The translations under genes were made by a program, and so were the position numbers. 64,000 nucleotides of DNA from contig JBFWMM010000001.1 in the NCBI GenBank assembly GCA_050251615.1, positions 88,687 through 152,686 of the forward strand, written 5' to 3'. The stretch comes from Phycisphaerae bacterium (GTDB taxonomy: Bacteria; Planctomycetota; Phycisphaerae; Sedimentisphaerales; Sedimentisphaeraceae). Below are positions 60,471 to 64,000 of the stretch, in pieces; the stretch's first letter is position 1, and every line of letters starts with the position of its first letter. Below the pieces are notes generated by a model. It worked only from the letters and a program-made list of their open reading frames with translations. It searched no databases and had not been told where the DNA came from.

Positions 60471-61337
60471 ATGGCAAAGAATAAACCTATTTTTAATAAA
60501 CCGCCTCTCTCGATGCAGGTAACTACGCTCTGGGATTATCCCTCCCAGCACTACGGTGATTCACTGCAAGGCGATCCATCGTATATCGGCGCAACACCCA
60601 GCTATATCATCTGGAATCTGCTCAGCCGCTATACAAAGGAAAAAGACCTCGTGGTTGACCCTATGTGCGGCAGTGGTACAACGCTTGATGTGGCGCGTGA
60701 TTTGAACCGCAAGGCGCTCGGCTACGATCTGAATCCTATGCGCCCCGATATTTTCCACGTCGATGCGCGCGAGCTGCCTCTTGAGGATGAGAAGGTTGAT
60801 TTTGTCTTTGTTGACCCGCCATATTCCACACACGTTGACTATAGTGACGATGAGCGCTGTATCGGCAAATTGCACGCCGGAGGAACAGAATACTACGACT
60901 CTATGCGTCAGGTGATAGGCGAGATCTACCGCATACTCAAGCCAGGCAAATATATGGGGCTTTATGTCAGCGATTCGCATGAGGTGAAGAAGGGCTTCTT
61001 CCCGATTGGATTCGAGCTGTTCGCGATTATGCGTGAGCTGTTCGAGCCGATAGACATAATATCTGTCGTGCGGCACAACAAAACGCTTGAAATGGGCAAC
61101 TACCGCAAAGCGGCAGATGAAGGCAATTTCTATCTGCGTGGATTCAACTACCTGTTCATAATGAGAAAACCGCTCCCCGATCGCAAGCAGAGCAAGGTAA
61201 AGCCTGCTCGGAGACGGCCTGAACATTCAAGCTCAGGCAAAGGGTACAACAGAAATAGAAAACATACTTCGCGGCCGGATAAAAACACAGGCTCGCAACC
61301 AAAGTCTCAGCGTAACCGGAAGCGGCCTGCTGAATAG
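60471..61337 (+). CDS. Orphan N4/N6 amino-methyltransferase (DNA or RNA)
   Basis: VDPMCGSGTT (motif I) then DPPY (motif IV); basic low-complexity tail. Confidence 0.8.
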   Translation: MAKNKPIFNKPPLSMQVTTLWDYPSQHYGDSLQGDPSYIGATPSYIIWNLLSRYTKEKDLVVDPMCGSGTTLDVARDLNRKALGYDLNPMRPDIFHVDARELPLEDEKVDFVFVDPPYSTHVDYSDDERCIGKLHAGGTEYYDSMRQVIGEIYRILKPGKYMGLYVSDSHEVKKGFFPIGFELFAIMRELFEPIDIISVVRHNKTLEMGNYRKAADEGNFYLRGFNYLFIMRKPLPDRKQSKVKPARRRPEHSSSGKGYNRNRKHTSRPDKNTGSQPKSQRNRKRPAE

Positions 61338-61411
61338 CCTGTTTCATTATAGGCAACTGTTTCCGCATGAATCGTTGTTCCAATGAGGACGATGATTCAT
61401 CGGCGCCTGTC

Positions 61412-62608
61412 TTACCAAGCGCGTTCCTTGCTCTCGTACTTGCGCGACTTTGCTATGTAGCAGAATACACCCGCAATGGTTGCAAATGAAAACACGGGAA
61501 TGTACAGTACGGAAAACGGCACCGCGAGCAGAGCGACATACCACTTGCGCCAGCTTGGAATCAGCGGCAGTACGTACGGCACGGAGAAGAATGTGAAGGC
61601 GAATGTCATAATGAGTCCGAGTACCAATTTCAGTCCATCGTGGGCGAAGGCTGTCAGCCGGAGGGTTACCAGGAGTGAGTAAGTTTTGTGTAGCGCGGCA
61701 AACGTATCAACAACGTTGCCCACAGCCATTACGTTCTGTGCCAGCCCCACAACCATCGACAGCATAAAGCTGAAATACGAAAAAATAAAGAAAAGATGTA
61801 TCGGGTTCTTTATCCAGACACGCCAGTGCCTTACAATACACTGAGCTCCGCCTGAGCTCCAGCGCAGCTTTTGGTGATACCAGCTCGAAAACGTATCAGG
61901 AACATGCGTATGAATCGGCTTGAAGCTCTGCTCAACCTTCCAACCATGTTCGTTGAGCTTGAGCGCGAGATCCATATCCTCTGTGATTGCGTTGGTGCTG
62001 AATCTGCCCACCTGCTCGAATGCGGCTTTCTTCACAGCCACAAACCCGCCCCAGAGGGCGATCGTGCTGAAGACGTTATATGCGCCCTGAATGAGCGTGA
62101 GCATACTATATTCGATGTGCTGCATCAGCGGTATAACACCCTTGTTTTCAGGCACATACGGACAACTCACCGCCGCCACGCGCTCATAGGAAAGCCTCGT
62201 GATGGCGTCTGTAAACGCATCCTCTTTGACAATAACGTCGGCATCCACAAACACAATAACTTCCGTTACGACAAGCTCGCTGACGCGATTCAGCGTCTGG
62301 CTTTTGCCGAGATTAGATTCGTTGTTATGCAGTGTGAAACCAAGCTCGCCGGCAAGCCTTTCAAGTAACTTGCCGCTATCGTCTGTGCTGCAATCGTTGA
62401 CGACAATCACATTCGCCTTGCCTCCCGCAACATCATAGATGCTGCGAATTGTAGCCTCGACTGTATCGACATCGTTGTAGCATGGCACGACAAACGTGAC
62501 CGCCGGCATCTTCCTTAGTATGCGCTTTCTGCGCTTATCGCTGCTCGCAAGCAGGATTACAAGCGCCAGAAATATAATAAACAAAGCGCCGGATATAAAT
62601 TGTATCAT
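61412..62608 (-). CDS. Processive-type GT2 membrane glycosyltransferase
   Basis: VPCYND, DCSTD, DAD, TED and QKLRW (D,D,D,QxxRW); TM helices at both ends. Confidence 0.85.
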   Translation of the reverse strand: MIQFISGALFIIFLALVILLASSDKRRKRILRKMPAVTFVVPCYNDVDTVEATIRSIYDVAGGKANVIVVNDCSTDDSGKLLERLAGELGFTLHNNESNLGKSQTLNRVSELVVTEVIVFVDADVIVKEDAFTDAITRLSYERVAAVSCPYVPENKGVIPLMQHIEYSMLTLIQGAYNVFSTIALWGGFVAVKKAAFEQVGRFSTNAITEDMDLALKLNEHGWKVEQSFKPIHTHVPDTFSSWYHQKLRWSSGGAQCIVRHWRVWIKNPIHLFFIFSYFSFMLSMVVGLAQNVMAVGNVVDTFAALHKTYSLLVTLRLTAFAHDGLKLVLGLIMTFAFTFFSVPYVLPLIPSWRKWYVALLAVPFSVLYIPVFSFATIAGVFCYIAKSRKYESKERAW

Positions 62609-62713
62609 TAAGTTCCTTGATATTTTTCAGAGTCACATTATCGTGCAGGCATTCAAAGCTCAAAGATGTATTTTATCATACAATCATTTGTTTTCAAGTA
62701 AAGAGTCTCTGTG

Positions 62714-64000
62714 TTAATCTTTTTCTTCTTTTTTACCGAGCCGGTTCGGGTACATTTCTTCGGCGAATTGGCGGCTCGCTGCCACCATCTCGGGGTAGGG
62801 GTTGTCGCAGATATCAATGAAGCCGATCTGGTAATTCTCGCCGTCAAAGCGGCCCGAGCAAACCTGGTCTGTGTACTGAAACCAGTGAGCACCAATGCAG
62901 GCGGAGTCTGAAAGAGCGGATTTTAGATAGTTTTCGTAGATATCTGCTCGCTGTTGCTGGTTATAAACGCTGCGCAGTCCCGTATGAAAAAGGCCACGGT
63001 CCAGCGCGCCGAAATGAAACTCGCCGATAATGAACGGCTTGTCAATTCCCGCAGGCATTGAGATCGAGCCAGGGAGGTAGTTGTACCTGTTCACGCTGAC
63101 AACATCGCAGTACCTTGCCGAAGCATCAAGCACCTCGCGTTCGCCGGTATGTATGCGGCTGCCGAGATAAAGCTTGTCCGGTGCGATTTTCTTCAGCTCC
63201 TCGCTCACGATACGATAGTATGCCTCGGCCACCTTCCCCGCATCACGGCCGGGCCAGTGCAACTCGTTGTCCACGAAATACCCGATGCACCACGGGTCCG
63301 TGGCGGTGTCTCCAAGCCCGCGTAGAAGCGCATGCGCACAGCTCTTTCTGAATTGCGCCTCGTCAATCTCGCTCGGCATATCTTTGGGAATAGAGGAAGA
63401 AAGGGTTGCTGTGTATGGCGTGCGCCGCATCGAGCAGAACGACCTGTCAGACCAGTTTGCTATCGTGTTTATCCCCCAGCTCCTCAGGCGTTTATGCATA
63501 ACATTGCCGGCTATGTTGCGGGTCTGCTCGGCGGACTCGGTCTTGTATTTACGGGAGAGGTTGGCGAACAGGAAATTCGTGTCGGAAGTTGCCTTCTCGA
63601 AGTACTTTTCTCTGCCTTGAAGCGGCGAGTCCTGTGAGTATATCATGCAGGTTATGCCGTCAGACCAGAACAATCGTCCGAGAGGGTCAACAAGCCACCA
63701 TTTGCCATTGTATTTCTCAGTGCGGAAATGACCGGTTGCTTCAAGTTGGGGGCCTTCGCTCCATCCGCCATACTCATCCCGCTGCGGCGCTGAGGGGTGC
63801 TCGTTCAAATCTTTTCGCTCCGCCTCTGCGGCAACGACCATATCCTCCGCGGACTTCGTCTTGCCGGGCCAATCCTTGTGCTTGTACTGCCCGAACTCAT
63901 CAACGAAAGGAAAGAAGCCGCCGGAAAGCTCTTCCTCGCTCGGCAGTTTGTACTCTCCCACGAGCCGCGGGGTGCTCAGGCGCACTTTCGCCGTGCCCTT
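62714..64000 (-). CDS. GH50 beta-agarase-like glycoside hydrolase, 5'-truncated by window edge
   Basis: VDEFGQY...WPGK, KWWLVDP.G..FWS.G, WGINTIANWS, GYFVDNE, IGEFHFGA, G.HWFQY.DQ...GRFDGENY; frame is open to position 64000. Confidence 0.75.
   Translation of the reverse strand, partial: KGTAKVRLSTPRLVGEYKLPSEEELSGGFFPFVDEFGQYKHKDWPGKTKSAEDMVVAAEAERKDLNEHPSAPQRDEYGGWSEGPQLEATGHFRTEKYNGKWWLVDPLGRLFWSDGITCMIYSQDSPLQGREKYFEKATSDTNFLFANLSRKYKTESAEQTRNIAGNVMHKRLRSWGINTIANWSDRSFCSMRRTPYTATLSSSIPKDMPSEIDEAQFRKSCAHALLRGLGDTATDPWCIGYFVDNELHWPGRDAGKVAEAYYRIVSEELKKIAPDKLYLGSRIHTGEREVLDASARYCDVVSVNRYNYLPGSISMPAGIDKPFIIGEFHFGALDRGLFHTGLRSVYNQQQRADIYENYLKSALSDSACIGAHWFQYTDQVCSGRFDGENYQIGFIDICDNPYPEMVAASRQFAEEMYPNRLGKKEEKD

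Overview
A 64-kb bacterial chromosomal window, most likely from a planctomycete of class Phycisphaerae. This is an inference from a prepilin-type H-X9-DG/DUF1559-like gene, a C-terminal dockerin/EF-hand-like motif and the anaerobic, salt-adapted, glycan-degrading gene content. I saw no rRNA, tRNA, CRISPR array, transposase, integrase or phage gene. Housekeeping genes: cysE (truncated), nadA, ilvB-ilvN-ilvC, dapF, groES-groEL, surE, ribBA, rplU, rplM-rpsI, rpmA, pgi, yacG. Three accessory systems stand out. (1) An 8.3-kb terminator-bounded operon (49.5-57.8 kb) of five secreted phosphoester hydrolases from four unrelated folds plus a pilin-like DUF1559-type protein; the first gene has an unrecognised (A-B-B)x2 repeat region. 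(2) A MarR-ablA-[amino-acid ABC transporter]-ablB operon for the osmolyte N-epsilon-acetyl-beta-lysine, with an EctR-like operator at its promoter. (3) A LarA-family epimerase, PfkB kinase, gnd and uxaC cluster, suggesting hexuronate catabolism via mannonate and gluconate into the pentose phosphate pathway, next to a GH106 rhamnosidase. Non-coding candidates: a nested-stem leader upstream of ilvB, a consensus sigma54 promoter for groESL, GTAG-type REP-like palindromes and a 30-aa CxxCxxC small ORF. All functional calls come from reading motifs by eye; no database searches were run.
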